This document shows, piece after piece, positions 18,456 to 30,070 of a stretch of 64,000 nt of DNA (position 1 is the stretch's first letter; every line of letters starts with the position of its first letter). Made by a program: the position numbers and the translations under genes. Origin of the DNA: an uncultured Pseudomonadota bacterium (GTDB lineage: Bacteria; Pseudomonadota; Gammaproteobacteria; Methylococcales; Methylomonadaceae); assembly GCA_903918375.1 (NCBI GenBank), contig CAIXED010000071.1, forward strand, positions 6,875-70,874, in the 5' to 3' direction. The notes below the pieces were generated by a model. It saw only the letters and a program-made list of their open reading frames with translations, was not told the DNA's origin and ran no database searches.

Positions 18456-19088
18456 ATGCGTACCCGCGTTAAAATTTGCGGCTTTACTCAGGTTGACGAT
18501 GCACTTGAAGCGGCATATTTGGGGGTTGATGCGATTGGTTTGGTGTTTTACCCCCCCAGCCCTCGCTATGTAAGCATTGAAACCGCAGCAAAAATAGCTA
18601 AAGCCTTGCCGGCTTTTGTTAGCGTGGTAGCTTTATTTGTGGATGCGGATAAAGCATTCATTGAGCAGGTTTTACAGCAGGTGCCGATTGATTGCTTGCA
18701 GTTTCATGGTGATGAGCAGCCGGAAGAATGTCGTTCGTTTAACAAGCCTTATATCAAGGCGGTACGGATGAAGCCGGAAACTAATGTAACCGAGTTAGTA
18801 CGTGATTTTCATGATACCTCGGCTTTGTTATTGGATGCGTATCATCCCAATTTACAAGGTGGTAGCGGTAGTGGGTTTGACTGGGATTTAATTCCACAAA
18901 ACTGTAAATTACCGATTATATTGGCCGGTGGCTTAGCGCCTGACAATGCAGAGCAAGCTGTTCGGCAAGTGAAACCCTATGCCTTAGATGTCAGCAGTGG
19001 TGTCGAAGCTGGCAAAGGTATTAAGGATGCAGCGAAAATGGCTGCCTTTATAAGAATAACTAATCAAGCGACAGAGAACTATGACTGA
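18456..19088 (+). CDS. trpF: Phosphoribosylanthranilate isomerase
   Basis: It starts with VKICGFT, has the ...LQFHGDE... and LAGGL motifs, and sits immediately upstream of trpB/trpA. Confidence 0.9.
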   Translation: MRTRVKICGFTQVDDALEAAYLGVDAIGLVFYPPSPRYVSIETAAKIAKALPAFVSVVALFVDADKAFIEQVLQQVPIDCLQFHGDEQPEECRSFNKPYIKAVRMKPETNVTELVRDFHDTSALLLDAYHPNLQGGSGSGFDWDLIPQNCKLPIILAGGLAPDNAEQAVRQVKPYALDVSSGVEAGKGIKDAAKMAAFIRITNQATENYD

Positions 19089-20283
19089 TAAATACGATAT
19101 GCCAGACGAACGAGGTCATTTTGGACCTTATGGTGGTATTTTTGTGGCAGAAACCTTGATGCCTGCCATTACAGAATTAAATGAGGCTTATCAACGTTAT
19201 ATGCACGATCCTGAGTTTATTGCTGAACTCGACGCGGATTTACAGCATTACGTTGGTCGTCCTTCGCCGCTTTATCATGCCGAGCGTTGGAGTCGTGAAT
19301 TAGGTGGTGCGCAGATTTATTTGAAGCGCGAAGACTTAAATCACACCGGTGCCCATAAAGTAAACAATACCGTAGGCCAAGCTTTATTAGCTAAGCGTAT
19401 GGGTAAAACCCGCATTATTGCTGAGACTGGCGCAGGTCAACATGGTGTGGCAACAGCGACGGTTGCAGCCAGATTAGGTTTGGAATGTGTGGTTTATATG
19501 GGCGCGGTTGACGTTGCTCGTCAAGCCTTGAACGTTTATCGGATGAAGTTGCTAGGCGCAACGGTAGTGCCGGTTGAATCAGGTTCTAAAACCTTAAAAG
19601 ATGCCTTAAATGAAGCTTTGCGCGATTGGGTAACCAATATCGACAATACTTTCTACATCATCGGTACTGTTGCAGGTCCTCATCCTTATCCTGCGATGGT
19701 GCGTGATTTCCAAGCGATTATTGGTCGCGAAGCTAGACAACAATGTTTGGATCAAGCTGGCAGATTGCCTGACGCTTTAGTCGCTTGCGTTGGTGGTGGC
19801 TCGAATGCGATTGGTTTGTTCTACCCATTTATTGAAGATAAATCAGTCGCTATGTACGGTGTCGAAGCAGCCGGTGATGGTATCGAAACCGGTCGTCACT
19901 CAGCACCGTTATCAGCGGGTCGTCCTGGCGTGTTGCACGGTAATAGAACTTATCTAATGGCTGATGATGATGGTGAAATCATCGAAACCCATTCAATTTC
20001 TGCTGGTTTAGATTACCCAGGTGTAGGTCCTGAACATGCTTGGTTGAAAGACACTGGCCGCGCTCAATATGTCAGTATTACTGATGATGAAGCGATGCAA
20101 GGTTTTCATGCCTTAACCAAAATGGAAGGCATTATTCCTGCTTTAGAATCCAGTCATGCAATGGCTTATGCGATGAAATTAGCGCCGACCATGCGTAAAG
20201 ATCAAATTATTATCGTCAACCTATCAGGACGCGGCGACAAAGATATGCACACTATTATGCAACGTGAGGGTTTAAGTCTATGA
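19081..20283 (+). CDS. trpB: Tryptophan synthase beta chain
   Basis: It has [24 protein letters not shown] (the PLP lysine) and GGGSNAIG. Confidence 0.97.
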   Translation: MTDKYDMPDERGHFGPYGGIFVAETLMPAITELNEAYQRYMHDPEFIAELDADLQHYVGRPSPLYHAERWSRELGGAQIYLKREDLNHTGAHKVNNTVGQALLAKRMGKTRIIAETGAGQHGVATATVAARLGLECVVYMGAVDVARQALNVYRMKLLGATVVPVESGSKTLKDALNEALRDWVTNIDNTFYIIGTVAGPHPYPAMVRDFQAIIGREARQQCLDQAGRLPDALVACVGGGSNAIGLFYPFIEDKSVAMYGVEAAGDGIETGRHSAPLSAGRPGVLHGNRTYLMADDDGEIIETHSISAGLDYPGVGPEHAWLKDTGRAQYVSITDDEAMQGFHALTKMEGIIPALESSHAMAYAMKLAPTMRKDQIIIVNLSGRGDKDMHTIMQREGLSL

Positions 20284-21083
20284 GTCGCTTAGCCGCTAAA
20301 TTTGCCGAGTTAAAAACTTCTGGCCGTAAAGCCTTAATCCCTTTTATTACTGCTGGCGATCCGTATCCACAATTTACTGTGCCTTTGCTGCATGAAATGG
20401 TGGCAGCGGGTGCTGATGTGATTGAGTTGGGTGTTCCTTTTTCTGATCCTATGGCCGATGGCCCTGTGATTCAACGTGCCAGTGAACGCGCTTTAAGTCA
20501 ACGTACCGGTTTGAGAAAAGTGCTAACTATGGCGATGGAGTTCAGAAAAACCGATCAAACTACGCCATTGGTTTTAATGGGCTATTTGAATCCAATTGAA
20601 ATGATGGGTTATGAAGATTTTGCCAATGCAGCGCAACGTGCTGATGTGGATGGGGTCTTAACCGTTGATTTACCGCCCGAAGAATCAAAAGAATGCGTTG
20701 ATTTGCTACGTGAACGCGGCATTGATCAAATCTTTTTGTTAGCACCGAATACCACCGCTGAACGGATTCAGAAAATGGATGCCTATGGCAGTGGCTATTT
20801 GTATTATGTGTCTTTAAAAGGAGTCACTGGTGCAGGTAATATTGATACGGCTGATGTTGAGCAAAAATTACAGTTGATCCGTGAGAACACTAATATACCT
20901 GTCGGTGTTGGTTTCGGTGTAAAAGATGCTGAAACAGCGAAAACAGTTGCGAATATTGCTGATGGCGTTGTCGTTGGTAGTGCTTTAATCAGTAAAATTG
21001 AAGCTAATCTTGATAATCCTGAGCAGGCAAAAACAGAAATTATTGCCTTGTTAAAATCCATGCGCCAAGCAATGGATAGTTAA
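20280..21083 (+). CDS. trpA: Tryptophan synthase alpha chain
   Basis: It has [17 protein letters not shown], a YLYYVS..GVTG region and a 4-nt overlap with trpB. Confidence 0.95.
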   Translation: MSRLAAKFAELKTSGRKALIPFITAGDPYPQFTVPLLHEMVAAGADVIELGVPFSDPMADGPVIQRASERALSQRTGLRKVLTMAMEFRKTDQTTPLVLMGYLNPIEMMGYEDFANAAQRADVDGVLTVDLPPEESKECVDLLRERGIDQIFLLAPNTTAERIQKMDAYGSGYLYYVSLKGVTGAGNIDTADVEQKLQLIRENTNIPVGVGFGVKDAETAKTVANIADGVVVGSALISKIEANLDNPEQAKTEIIALLKSMRQAMDS

Positions 21084-21108
21084 GCTTTTATAGCGGAGTA
21101 GACAACGA

Positions 21109-22050
21109 ATGAGTTGGTTTGAAAAATTAGTCCCTTCAATCATTAAAACAGACAGTGCCGAGAAGCGTAATTCGGTACCACAAGGGCTATGGAATAAATG
21201 TCCAAGTTGTGACGCAATTTTGTTTAATGCTGAATTAGTAAAAAACAGCAGTGTTTGTCCAAAATGCGATCATCATTTGCGAATTACTGCCCGTACTCGT
21301 TTAGATTTGTTTCTGGATGAATCTGGCAGACAGGAAATCGGTGCCGGTTTAAAACCAGCCGATCCTTTAAAATTTAAAGACAGCAAACGTTATAAAGATC
21401 GTGTCAGCCAAGCGCAAAAACAAAGCAATGAAAACGATGCTTTAGTAGTCATGAAAGGCAGTTTACATGGTCGTGAGATTGTTGCTGCGGCCTTTGATTT
21501 CAGCTTTATGGGCGGTTCAATGGGTTCGGTTGTTGGTGAGCGTTTTGTGCGTGGCGTTAATGAAAGTTTGCGTTCAAATATACCATTCATCGTATTTACG
21601 GCTAGTGGTGGTGCTCGGATGCAAGAATCTTTGTATTCTTTGTTTCAAATGAGCAAAACCAGTGCCGCTTTAACCAAACTGGCGAACGCAGGTATTCCTT
21701 ATATTTCTTTTATGACCGACCCGACTATGGGTGGTGTATCGGCCAGTTTGGCAATGTTGGGCGACATCAATGTTGCCGAGCCGAACGCCTTGATTGGTTT
21801 TGCTGGGCCTCGGGTTATTGAGCAAACTGTACGTGAAAAATTGCCAGAAGGCTTTCAACGCAGTGAGTTTTTGCAAGAACACGGTGCGATTGACATGATT
21901 ATTGATCGTCGTGAAATGCGCGAAAAAATTGCCAGTATTTTGGCAATTTTGCATCCAGAAAAACCGTATTTTCAAAAAGCCGAGCCTGTTGTTGCTCAAC
22001 AAGAGCAAGAGATTGTTTTAGAAAGCTCAACAGAAGACTCTGAACAATAA
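21109..22050 (+). CDS. accD: Acetyl-CoA carboxylase carboxyltransferase subunit beta
   Basis: It has an N-terminal zinc ribbon (CPSC...CPKCDHH) and [10 protein letters not shown]. Confidence 0.95.
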   Translation: MSWFEKLVPSIIKTDSAEKRNSVPQGLWNKCPSCDAILFNAELVKNSSVCPKCDHHLRITARTRLDLFLDESGRQEIGAGLKPADPLKFKDSKRYKDRVSQAQKQSNENDALVVMKGSLHGREIVAAAFDFSFMGGSMGSVVGERFVRGVNESLRSNIPFIVFTASGGARMQESLYSLFQMSKTSAALTKLANAGIPYISFMTDPTMGGVSASLAMLGDINVAEPNALIGFAGPRVIEQTVREKLPEGFQRSEFLQEHGAIDMIIDRREMREKIASILAILHPEKPYFQKAEPVVAQQEQEIVLESSTEDSEQ

Positions 22051-22057
22051 AGGCACA

Positions 22058-23323
22058 ATGGCGCGTTTTGAATCGCTAGCCGCTTGGCTAAACTGGCAAG
22101 AGCAATTACATCCTAGACCGATTGATTTGGGTTTAGAGCGTATAGCCGAGGTTTACCAGCAGTTAAATCAAGGTCGACCTAAAATCACAACTATTACGGT
22201 TGCAGGGACTAACGGTAAAGGTTCCTGTGTTGCTTATTTAGAAGCGATTTATATAGCGCAAGGTTATCGGGTAGGGGCTTACACTTCTCCGCATATCTTG
22301 CGCTATAACGAACGGATTCGGATTAACGGTCAGCCAGTTGATGACGACACTATTTGCCAGTCTTTCGAGCGAATTGACAAGCTGCGTGGTGAAACCAGTC
22401 TGAGTTATTTTGAATTTAGTACCTTAGCGGGTCTGGATATTTTCGCCAATGCTAATCTGGATATTCAATTGCTTGAAGTGGGTTTAGGCGGGCGATTAGA
22501 CGCTGTCAATATCATTGATCCTGATGTCGCTTTAGTGACCACGATTGGATTAGATCATGTCGAATGGCTGGGTAACACCGAAGAAGCGATTGCAAAAGAA
22601 AAGGCGGGTATTTTCCGTACTGGCAAGCCTGCCATTGTTGGTGATCAGTTGACCCAGCAAGGTTTAATTGAAGTTGCAGAACAAAAACAAGCGAACTTAT
22701 TACAATTAGGTTCGTCATTTTGTTATGTAAAGCATACCGACAGTTGGGATTGGCTTAATGGTACTAATGATTTGCCTGATTTGCCGTTACCTGCGTTTAA
22801 AGGCGAGCACCAATACCGAAACGCGGCCGCGGTTTTGATGGCTGTGACTTGTTTACAATCGCTATTGCCGGTTGGTTTTCCAGCGATAGCACAAGGTTTG
22901 CAAACTGCCCAATTAAAAGGTCGTTTTCAATTGATACCGGGGTCGCCGTCAGTATTATTAGATGTTGGTCATAACCCGCAAGCCGTCCAAACTTTAATTG
23001 AGCATTTAAAAGCGCATTTTTCAACGGTCAAAATTCACGCGGTTTTTGCAATGATGAAGGATAAAGATATTGCAACGGTGATTGCGATGATCAAGCCTTA
23101 TGTCGCAGATTGGTACTTAGCACCATTAACTAACCCGCGTGCAGCCAGCCAAGAATTATTAACCAATTTTTTTCAACAACAAGACATAACAAACGTGTTT
23201 AGCGGGTACAGTGATTGTGCCGCTGCATTTAAAGCCGCGCAAAATGAAGCCCAAGCGGGTGATTTAATTTTAGTGTTTGGCTCCTTTTTTCTAGTGTCTG
23301 AATATTTAGCCAAATTTACCTAG
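22058..23323 (+). CDS. folC: Bifunctional folylpolyglutamate synthase/dihydrofolate synthase
   Basis: It has a VAGTNGKGS P-loop, a Mur-ligase-like layout and accD-folC synteny. Confidence 0.9.
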   Translation: MARFESLAAWLNWQEQLHPRPIDLGLERIAEVYQQLNQGRPKITTITVAGTNGKGSCVAYLEAIYIAQGYRVGAYTSPHILRYNERIRINGQPVDDDTICQSFERIDKLRGETSLSYFEFSTLAGLDIFANANLDIQLLEVGLGGRLDAVNIIDPDVALVTTIGLDHVEWLGNTEEAIAKEKAGIFRTGKPAIVGDQLTQQGLIEVAEQKQANLLQLGSSFCYVKHTDSWDWLNGTNDLPDLPLPAFKGEHQYRNAAAVLMAVTCLQSLLPVGFPAIAQGLQTAQLKGRFQLIPGSPSVLLDVGHNPQAVQTLIEHLKAHFSTVKIHAVFAMMKDKDIATVIAMIKPYVADWYLAPLTNPRAASQELLTNFFQQQDITNVFSGYSDCAAAFKAAQNEAQAGDLILVFGSFFLVSEYLAKFT

Positions 23324-23325
23324 AG

Positions 23326-24102
23326 GTGATGGAAGTGGATCAGGAATTGAAGCAACGTTTAATAGGTGCAGCGGTCATTACCGCATTGGCAGCGATTTTT
23401 GTGCCGATGTTATTTGATGATGCGGTGGATGAAACCGGTAAAAATGTTAATGAATTACAAATACCGGCAATGCCAGCGAAGGCTCAAGAAGTTGAGATTA
23501 TGCCATTGCCTGAAAAAGCCGAAGATGTCGCAACGGTGATTCCGGTTGAAAAATCGCCAAAACCAACCCAAAACAATGCATTTAACGAAGGTGAAGCTGA
23601 TGTTATTCAGCCGGTTCACCCAGCAAAAGTGCTTGGCGATACTCCTGTGACTAATCAGCGTCCAGTTAAAGTGGTTGAGCCGGATGCGGAAATGGCTCAA
23701 GTCGATCCAGATGGTGGATTACCAGAAGATGCGGAGTTAAAACCAGCCACTAAGCCTGGCAAACTACCAACCGCTACTGTCGCGCCAGTTAATCCAATCA
23801 CCAAACCTGTGCCAGTGACACCAGCAGTTGGCACAACACCAGCAAAACCTAATCTAGGCAACGAAGCCGCTACTCGCTGGTATTTGAATGCCGGTAGTTT
23901 TTCACAAAAAGCCAATGCCACTGCCTTGCAAGAAAGTCTTAAACAACAAGGTTTTGCAGCTACTATTAAAGAAGCTAATGGTGAAAAAGGCATTGTATAT
24001 AAAGTGAGAATCGGGCCGATGTTAGATAAAGCTAAAGCCCAAGCGGTTAAAAACAAACTGACGCAAATTAACGTCAATACTTTTGTCGCGCCTGAAGAAT
24101 AA
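23326..24102 (+). CDS. SPOR-domain cell-division protein (DedD-like)
   Basis: It has an N-terminal TM, a Pro/Ala/Val-rich linker and a C-terminal SPOR-like segment (WYLNAGSFSQKANA...YKVRIGP). It occupies the folC-dedD-cvpA-purF position. Confidence 0.6.
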   Translation: MMEVDQELKQRLIGAAVITALAAIFVPMLFDDAVDETGKNVNELQIPAMPAKAQEVEIMPLPEKAEDVATVIPVEKSPKPTQNNAFNEGEADVIQPVHPAKVLGDTPVTNQRPVKVVEPDAEMAQVDPDGGLPEDAELKPATKPGKLPTATVAPVNPITKPVPVTPAVGTTPAKPNLGNEAATRWYLNAGSFSQKANATALQESLKQQGFAATIKEANGEKGIVYKVRIGPMLDKAKAQAVKNKLTQINVNTFVAPEE

Positions 24103-24133
24103 TGGCTATAGCCCGCTAAGCTAAGCGCATAGG

Positions 24134-24652
24134 ATGCAAGCCTTTTTAGCAACGGCCAACTGGATTTGGGTCGATTATGTGATAGCCGTTTTGCTGGGTT
24201 TACCGGCTTTACGCGGTTTGTTTCGTGGCTTGCTTAAAGAGTTATTTGCTTTAGGTGCTTGGTTGTTGGCGATTGTGATTGGCTTGCAATATAACGCTGA
24301 AGTGGCGTTCTTATTGCAAAATAACATTGCTAATCCAATCACCAGAATTGCCTCGGCTTTTGGTATTTTAGTGGCGATCACTTTGTTGTTTGCGGCACTG
24401 ATTAATTTTTTGCTCAGTGAATTGATTTACAAGTCTGGCCTTGGCTTGCTCAATCGATTATTAGGCTTTGGCTTTGGTTTTATTAAAGGTAGTGTGTTGG
24501 TGCTTATTCTGATTTTTTTGGCAGGATTAAGTACGATTCCAGAAGATCCTTGGTGGAAACAATCGTTATTGATTCCACCATTTCAAGCTTTAGCCATGTG
24601 GCTAAAAGAGTACATCCCGTCAAATCTGGCGGGTTATATCAATTTTCGTTAA
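24134..24652 (+). CDS. cvpA: Colicin V production membrane protein CvpA
   Basis: 172 aa with four TM segments, immediately upstream of purF. Confidence 0.85.
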   Translation: MQAFLATANWIWVDYVIAVLLGLPALRGLFRGLLKELFALGAWLLAIVIGLQYNAEVAFLLQNNIANPITRIASAFGILVAITLLFAALINFLLSELIYKSGLGLLNRLLGFGFGFIKGSVLVLILIFLAGLSTIPEDPWWKQSLLIPPFQALAMWLKEYIPSNLAGYINFR

Positions 24653-24667
24653 TTTTTTGAGACTGCT

Positions 24668-26176
24668 ATGTGTGGTATTGCTGCGATTGTGTCCAATCAA
24701 AATGTCAATCAGGATCTTTATGATGCTTTGACAGTGCTTCAACACCGAGGCCAGGACGCTGCGGGTATCGTGACCTGTGAAGGTTCACGGTTACATTTAC
24801 GTAAAGATAATGGTTTGGCGCGTGACGTGTTTTCTAATAGTCAAATGCTAAAATTAAAAGGCAATATGGGTATCGCCCATGTCCGTTATCCAACAGCGGG
24901 CTGCACCAGCTCTGCCGAAGCCCAACCTTTTTACGTCAACTCGCCATTTGGTTTGACCTTGGCGCATAACGGTAACTTGACCAACACTGAAGAATTAAAA
25001 ATTCAGGTGTTTGAAGATGACCAACGTCATATCAATACCGACTCTGATTCTGAAGTATTACTGAATGTATTTGCTCACGAATTGCAACAAGCAGGGCGCT
25101 TAACACTGACTGTCGATGATGTCTTTCAAGCAGTAACCGCAGTGCATAAACGATGCCGTGGCGCTTACGCTGTAGTGATTATGATTGCCGGTTTTGGGGT
25201 TTTAGGTTTTAGAGATCCGCACGGGATTCGGCCGATTGTTTATGGCGAACGCAAAACCGAAGAAGGCACCACTGATTACATGTTGGCCTCAGAAAGCGTC
25301 GCTTTAGACGTTTTAGATTTTCAATTGATTAGAGATATTGCGCCTGGTGAAGCGGTATTTATCGAAGCTAACGGCACACTACATACCAAACAATGTGCTG
25401 AGCAAATCGACCATTGCCCTTGTATTTTTGAATACGTCTATTTTGCCCGACCAGATTCAATTATCGACAATATTTCAGTTTATAAAGCGCGGATGCGGAT
25501 GGGTAAAAAATTGGCCGATAAAATCCGTCGCGAATGGCCAGATCACGATATTGATGTGGTGATTCCGATTCCAGATACCAGCCGCACCGCAGCCTCACAA
25601 ATGGCACATGAATTGGGCGTTAAGTTCCGCGAAGGTTTCATGAAAAACCGCTACATCGGTCGGACTTTTATTATGCCCGGTCAAAAAATGCGCAAAAAGT
25701 CGGTTAAGCAAAAGCTCAATGCGATTTCATTAGAATTTAAAGATAAAAACGTTTTATTGGTTGATGACTCGGTTGTGCGTGGTACTACTTCAGAGCAAAT
25801 TATCCAAATGGCCAGAGATGCCGGTGCGAAAAAGGTTTATTTCGCTTCTGCTGCGCCACCAGTGCGTTACCCTAACGTTTACGGCATTGATATGCCGGCA
25901 GCCCATGAATTGATTGCTCATGGTAGAACCGAGCAGGAAGTTTGTGAAGCGATTGGTGCCGACAAACTGATTTATCAAGAAATTGGCGATTTAATTGACG
26001 CCGTGAATACCGGTAATCACAACATCAGTCATTTTGATACCTCGTGTTTCACTCACGAATATATCACTGGCGATATTGACGATGCTTATTTGGCGCGGAT
26101 TGAAGCTTTGCGCAATGATGGCGCTCAAGAGCAACGCAAAGTCGATACTGATTTGATTGAAGCCCAAGGCGCATAA
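24668..26176 (+). CDS. purF: Amidophosphoribosyltransferase
   Basis: It starts with MCGI (the N-terminal Cys nucleophile), and has HRGQDAAGI and a PRPP-binding [13 protein letters not shown]. Confidence 0.95.
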   Translation: MCGIAAIVSNQNVNQDLYDALTVLQHRGQDAAGIVTCEGSRLHLRKDNGLARDVFSNSQMLKLKGNMGIAHVRYPTAGCTSSAEAQPFYVNSPFGLTLAHNGNLTNTEELKIQVFEDDQRHINTDSDSEVLLNVFAHELQQAGRLTLTVDDVFQAVTAVHKRCRGAYAVVIMIAGFGVLGFRDPHGIRPIVYGERKTEEGTTDYMLASESVALDVLDFQLIRDIAPGEAVFIEANGTLHTKQCAEQIDHCPCIFEYVYFARPDSIIDNISVYKARMRMGKKLADKIRREWPDHDIDVVIPIPDTSRTAASQMAHELGVKFREGFMKNRYIGRTFIMPGQKMRKKSVKQKLNAISLEFKDKNVLLVDDSVVRGTTSEQIIQMARDAGAKKVYFASAAPPVRYPNVYGIDMPAAHELIAHGRTEQEVCEAIGADKLIYQEIGDLIDAVNTGNHNISHFDTSCFTHEYITGDIDDAYLARIEALRNDGAQEQRKVDTDLIEAQGA

Positions 26177-26189
26177 AAACGGAACGAAT

Positions 26190-27374
26190 ATGAGCGAAGA
26201 TTTAGATTGGCAAGATTATGCGATTGAAACCCAAGCGATAAGAGTAGGGCATAAGCGCACGCCAGAAGACGAACATAGCATTCCAATTTTTGCTACTTCT
26301 AGCTATGTATTTGAGAGTGCAGAACAAGCGTCTCTGCGTTTTACCGGTAAGCAGCCAGGCAATATTTATTCACGCTTTACCAATCCAACCGTGAGCGCCT
26401 TCCAAGATCGTTTAGCGTTAATGGAGCAAGGCGAGCGTTGCTTAGCATTTGCTTCTGGTATGGCGGCAATTATGGCGGTCGGCATGGCTTTGTTAAAGTC
26501 TGGCGATCATGTGGTTTGTTCGCGCAGTGTGTTTGGTAATACGCTATTAACTTTCCAAACTTATTTTGGCAAATTTGGCGTTACCACTGATTTTGTCAAG
26601 CTCACTGATTTAGCTGCTTGGGAAGCGGCGATAAAACCGAATACCCGTTTTCTGTTTTTAGAAACGCCATCTAATCCCTTGATCGAAATTGGTGACATTG
26701 CCGCGATAGCCGAGATTGCTCATCGTCATGGTTGTTTGCTGGTGGTTGATAATGTTTTCTGTACTCCGGTATTACAAAAGCCATTAACGCTGGGTGCTGA
26801 TTTGGTGGTTCACTCGACGACTAAATACATTGATGGCCAAGGCCGTTGTGTTGGTGGTGCGGTAGTCGGTAGCGAAGCGATTATTGAAAAAGACCTTTAC
26901 CCTTATTTACGGACTGGCGGCGCGACTATGAGCCCATTCAATGCTTGGGTATTTTTGGCTGGTTTAGAAACTTTAGCTTTGCGAATGAAAGCCCATTGCG
27001 ACAATGCTTTTGAATTGGCGAAATGGCTGGAGCAACAACCGAATGTTGAAAAAGTCCATTACCCCGGTTTAGCTTCTCATGCTCAACACGAACTGGCCAA
27101 ACGTCAGCAAAGCCATTTTGGTGGGGTAGTCAGTTTTGAATTACGCGGTGGTAAAGAGCAAGCTTGGAAATTAATTGATTCCACTAAGATGTTATCAATC
27201 ACCGCCAACTTAGGTGATGTGAAAACCACGATTACGCATCCAGCCACCACCACTCATGGTCGATTGACGCCTGAACTGCGCGCAGAAGCGGGAATTAAAG
27301 ACAGTTTGGTGAGAATTTCGGTTGGTTTGGAAAATATCGAAGACATTAAAAACGATTTGTTGAATGGGCTTTGA
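26190..27374 (+). CDS. metZ: O-succinylhomoserine sulfhydrylase (Cys/Met-metabolism PLP enzyme)
   Basis: It has an STTKYIDGQG PLP-lysine motif and purF-metZ synteny as in pseudomonads. ATG 26190 was chosen because the upstream ORF-track start overlaps the purF end. Confidence 0.85.
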   Translation: MSEDLDWQDYAIETQAIRVGHKRTPEDEHSIPIFATSSYVFESAEQASLRFTGKQPGNIYSRFTNPTVSAFQDRLALMEQGERCLAFASGMAAIMAVGMALLKSGDHVVCSRSVFGNTLLTFQTYFGKFGVTTDFVKLTDLAAWEAAIKPNTRFLFLETPSNPLIEIGDIAAIAEIAHRHGCLLVVDNVFCTPVLQKPLTLGADLVVHSTTKYIDGQGRCVGGAVVGSEAIIEKDLYPYLRTGGATMSPFNAWVFLAGLETLALRMKAHCDNAFELAKWLEQQPNVEKVHYPGLASHAQHELAKRQQSHFGGVVSFELRGGKEQAWKLIDSTKMLSITANLGDVKTTITHPATTTHGRLTPELRAEAGIKDSLVRISVGLENIEDIKNDLLNGL

Positions 27375-27485
27375 GTGTCAATTTGAAGTTAATCGCTAAA
27401 AATTCCAATGCCATCGGTATTGAGTGAGTTTTTAGTTGTTTATAGAAGGTTTCGCGTTGCGAGGCTTATTTAGATGTCGGTTTCA

Positions 27486-27741
27486 CGAAAAACATCCCTG
27501 TTTTTCGCCCTAACGGGTAAATGCCAATCGGCTATCCTGCCGATTGGTCGCACCGACAGGCGAGTTACTTTCTTTTGCATGGCCAAAAGAAAGTAACCAA
27601 AGAAAAGGCCACCCGACCGCCGCTTTTATCCTGCGCTCCGAAGCGTTTACTAGGGGTTGGCAAAATGGGCTTCCTGCCCCTTTGCCAACTTGCCGCATCC
27701 ATGCGGCAACCCTAACGGGCTACTCCCAGTAAACGCTTCGG
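27486..27741. repeat. Dense cluster of six perfect inverted repeats (structured intergenic element; function unknown)
   Basis: Stems read directly: 27486-94/27499-507 (9 bp), 27524-32/27539-47 (9 bp), 27564-77/27584-97 (14 bp), 27656-64/27681-89 (9 bp) and 27690-98/27701-09 (9 bp). An outer stem 27638-51/27728-41 (14 bp) encloses the last two. CCCTAACGGG occurs twice (27508 and 27710). Confidence 0.85.
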
Positions 27742-27800
27742 TGCTCGGCGCGGCAGAACGGGAAAACAATCACCTACTGCGTAACATCAGTTAAACAAAA

Positions 27801-29006
27801 ATGAAGCTGAAAAAACTGAGTATTGGAATAAGTCTAGCCATCGCTTTGGCGCAACCTTGTATGGCTGCACCGAAAGCCAAACCCGCGCCTTCTGCACCGG
27901 CAGTTGCCGCCAAGCAAGTGGTTAAAATTGCTTATTTCACCCAACAACAAAACCCGCCAGCCGCTTTATCAAATCTTGATCCGTTCATTGTTGATAAAGG
28001 CGTGATTGGCGCTGAATTAGCGATTAGCGATAACAACACCACCGGCCAATTCACTGGTCAGCAATATATCCTGCAAAAAATTGTCGTACCAGTCGATGGC
28101 GATGTGGTTCAGGCATTTAATCAGCAAATAGCCGCTGATGTCGGTTTGGTGGTGCTGAATCTCAATTCAGAGCAAATGTTGAAAGTCGCTGATTTAGCCA
28201 GCGCGCAGCAAAAATTGTTGTTCGATGCAGCCACCAGCGATGATGAAAATCGCAACGGCCAATGTCGTCATGGCGTACTACATATCTTGCCTAGCCGAGC
28301 GATGCGAGCCGATGCCTTAGCGCAATATATGCTGAAAAAACGCTGGCAAAAATGGTTTTTGGTGGTCGGTCAAACTCAAGAAGATCAATTGTTTGCTGCT
28401 GCAATTAAACGTGCGGCTAAACGCTTTAATCTAAAAATTGTTGCCGAGAAAAATTGGACCAACGATTTTGATGCTCGCCGCACCGCGCAAGCCGATGTAC
28501 CGGTGTTTACCCAAGGTGAAGATTATGATGTATTGGTGGTGGCGGATGAACAAGGCTTGTTCGGCGAATATTTCGATTACCGAACTTGGAGTCCGCGTCC
28601 AGTAATTGGTACCCAAGGCTTAATTGCCACGGCATGGCATCCAAGTCATGAGCAATGGGGCGCAGTGCAGTTACAAAATCGATTTAAAGACCAAGCCGGT
28701 CGTTGGATGCAAGAAGTCGATTACGGGGCTTATTTAGCGGTACGAGCGATTGGTGAAGCCAGTGTTCGCAGTAAATCCAATCAAGTCCCCGCGATTCGGG
28801 ATTATCTGTTTTCCAGTCATTTTGCCTTGCAAGGCTATAAAGGGATGCCGCTATCGTTCCGAGCTTGGGATGGTCAGCTACGGCAACCGGTTTTATTGGC
28901 CGCGCCACGTTCTTTAGTCGCGGTTGCACCGATTGAAGGTTTCTTACATCCAAAATCGGAATTAGATACTTTGGGTTACGATCAACCAGAAACCAGCTGC
29001 AAATAA
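27801..29006 (+). CDS. Periplasmic substrate-binding protein (Leu/Ile/Val-binding-like; possibly the PQQ-alcohol-dehydrogenase-system type)
   Basis: It has a signal peptide (MKLKKLSIGISLAIALAQPCMAAP), is ~400 aa and has a type I periplasmic binding layout. The subfamily is guessed from memory. Confidence 0.5.
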   Translation: MKLKKLSIGISLAIALAQPCMAAPKAKPAPSAPAVAAKQVVKIAYFTQQQNPPAALSNLDPFIVDKGVIGAELAISDNNTTGQFTGQQYILQKIVVPVDGDVVQAFNQQIAADVGLVVLNLNSEQMLKVADLASAQQKLLFDAATSDDENRNGQCRHGVLHILPSRAMRADALAQYMLKKRWQKWFLVVGQTQEDQLFAAAIKRAAKRFNLKIVAEKNWTNDFDARRTAQADVPVFTQGEDYDVLVVADEQGLFGEYFDYRTWSPRPVIGTQGLIATAWHPSHEQWGAVQLQNRFKDQAGRWMQEVDYGAYLAVRAIGEASVRSKSNQVPAIRDYLFSSHFALQGYKGMPLSFRAWDGQLRQPVLLAAPRSLVAVAPIEGFLHPKSELDTLGYDQPETSCK

Positions 29007-29011
29007 AGCCT

Positions 29012-30070
29012 TTAAAACACGCTTGGTAATCCTGGAATCCCTAGGGTTTGTATATGGTTAGCATTGCTGCCTTCTTGATAGGCCAGCAATTTGCCGTCAT
29101 GTTGCCAAAGCCTAAATGCCAAGGCTTGTGACAAAACCCGAATCGGATAATCACGCGGTAGTTCTTGTAGATAAGGTTGCATGGTCACAAAATCGGTGGC
29201 TCCGTATTGTTTCATGATGAAAGCCAAGCCACCGTTACGCGGGCCAATGTTGTAAGCCAGTAAACCCAGATACAAGTCGTTGTGCATTTCGCTGAGATAA
29301 AACTTTAATGTCGCTGCGGCAATAAAAGCATTATGACGGGTATCGGTTAGCGATAATTTACTGACAGCTAAACGCAGTCTGGCTTGTTCCATAATCGATT
29401 TTGGGACAGCGGTAATTTGAAATAAACCGTGGCCACCATCATGGCTGTCGCGCGGTAAAAAAGATGATTCGGTGGCGGCTAGGCCGCACAATAACTCTGG
29501 ATCGAGCTGATAAGCTTTCGCAGCTTCATTAATAATGGCGTAGTAGGGATTAGCTCTTAGAATAATGGTTTGCAATTGTTCGGCATCGTGGCGTCGATAG
29601 GCTGCATAAACTTGGTGTGCTAGCGTTTCGCTCCGTACTTGCTGTTTGCCGCCGACTAAACTGCGTAACTGTTTAAAAGTCGCTAAATAGTCGGTTTGAC
29701 TGGCCAATCTTGCTGAGCCTGCCGCCAATCCGATCGCGAGTAAGCTAGGTAAAATCCAAGCGAATTCAATTAAACGTTTTCGTATTTGACTCCATAGCAA
29801 CAAACCCAATGCAGCAACCACGACTAAACCGACAATCCCAGCAGCGAAAGGTAATAAATTGGTATAAAAATCCGAGCCGGAAAATTGTTGAGCAAAGTAA
29901 CCCAAGGCCAGCAAAGTGCCAATAGCTGCGGTGACAGTCAGACTCAAAAACTCTAAAACCGTAAACCACAGCCGAGTTTGATTGAGTTTGTTTTTACGTT
30001 TGCGAACTTTGGGTTTTGATTGACGACGAGGACGGGGCTTTTTGGCAATTGTTTGCCGAGTTCGGCTCAT
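29012..30070 (-). CDS. Membrane-anchored lytic transglycosylase (SLT domain) protein
   Basis: It has a basic N-terminus, TM segments, and an SLT-like AATESSF ... GLFQIT ... AYNIGP. Confidence 0.7.
   Translation of the reverse strand: MSRTRQTIAKKPRPRRQSKPKVRKRKNKLNQTRLWFTVLEFLSLTVTAAIGTLLALGYFAQQFSGSDFYTNLLPFAAGIVGLVVVAALGLLLWSQIRKRLIEFAWILPSLLAIGLAAGSARLASQTDYLATFKQLRSLVGGKQQVRSETLAHQVYAAYRRHDAEQLQTIILRANPYYAIINEAAKAYQLDPELLCGLAATESSFLPRDSHDGGHGLFQITAVPKSIMEQARLRLAVSKLSLTDTRHNAFIAAATLKFYLSEMHNDLYLGLLAYNIGPRNGGLAFIMKQYGATDFVTMQPYLQELPRDYPIRVLSQALAFRLWQHDGKLLAYQEGSNANHIQTLGIPGLPSVF

Noticed and set aside
27510-27732. Three overlapping 62-64-aa ORFs on both strands in the metZ-downstream spacer
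   Set aside because: They lie entirely within the hairpin cluster, overlap each other in different frames and strands, and have no SD. They were treated as translation artefacts of a structured repeat.
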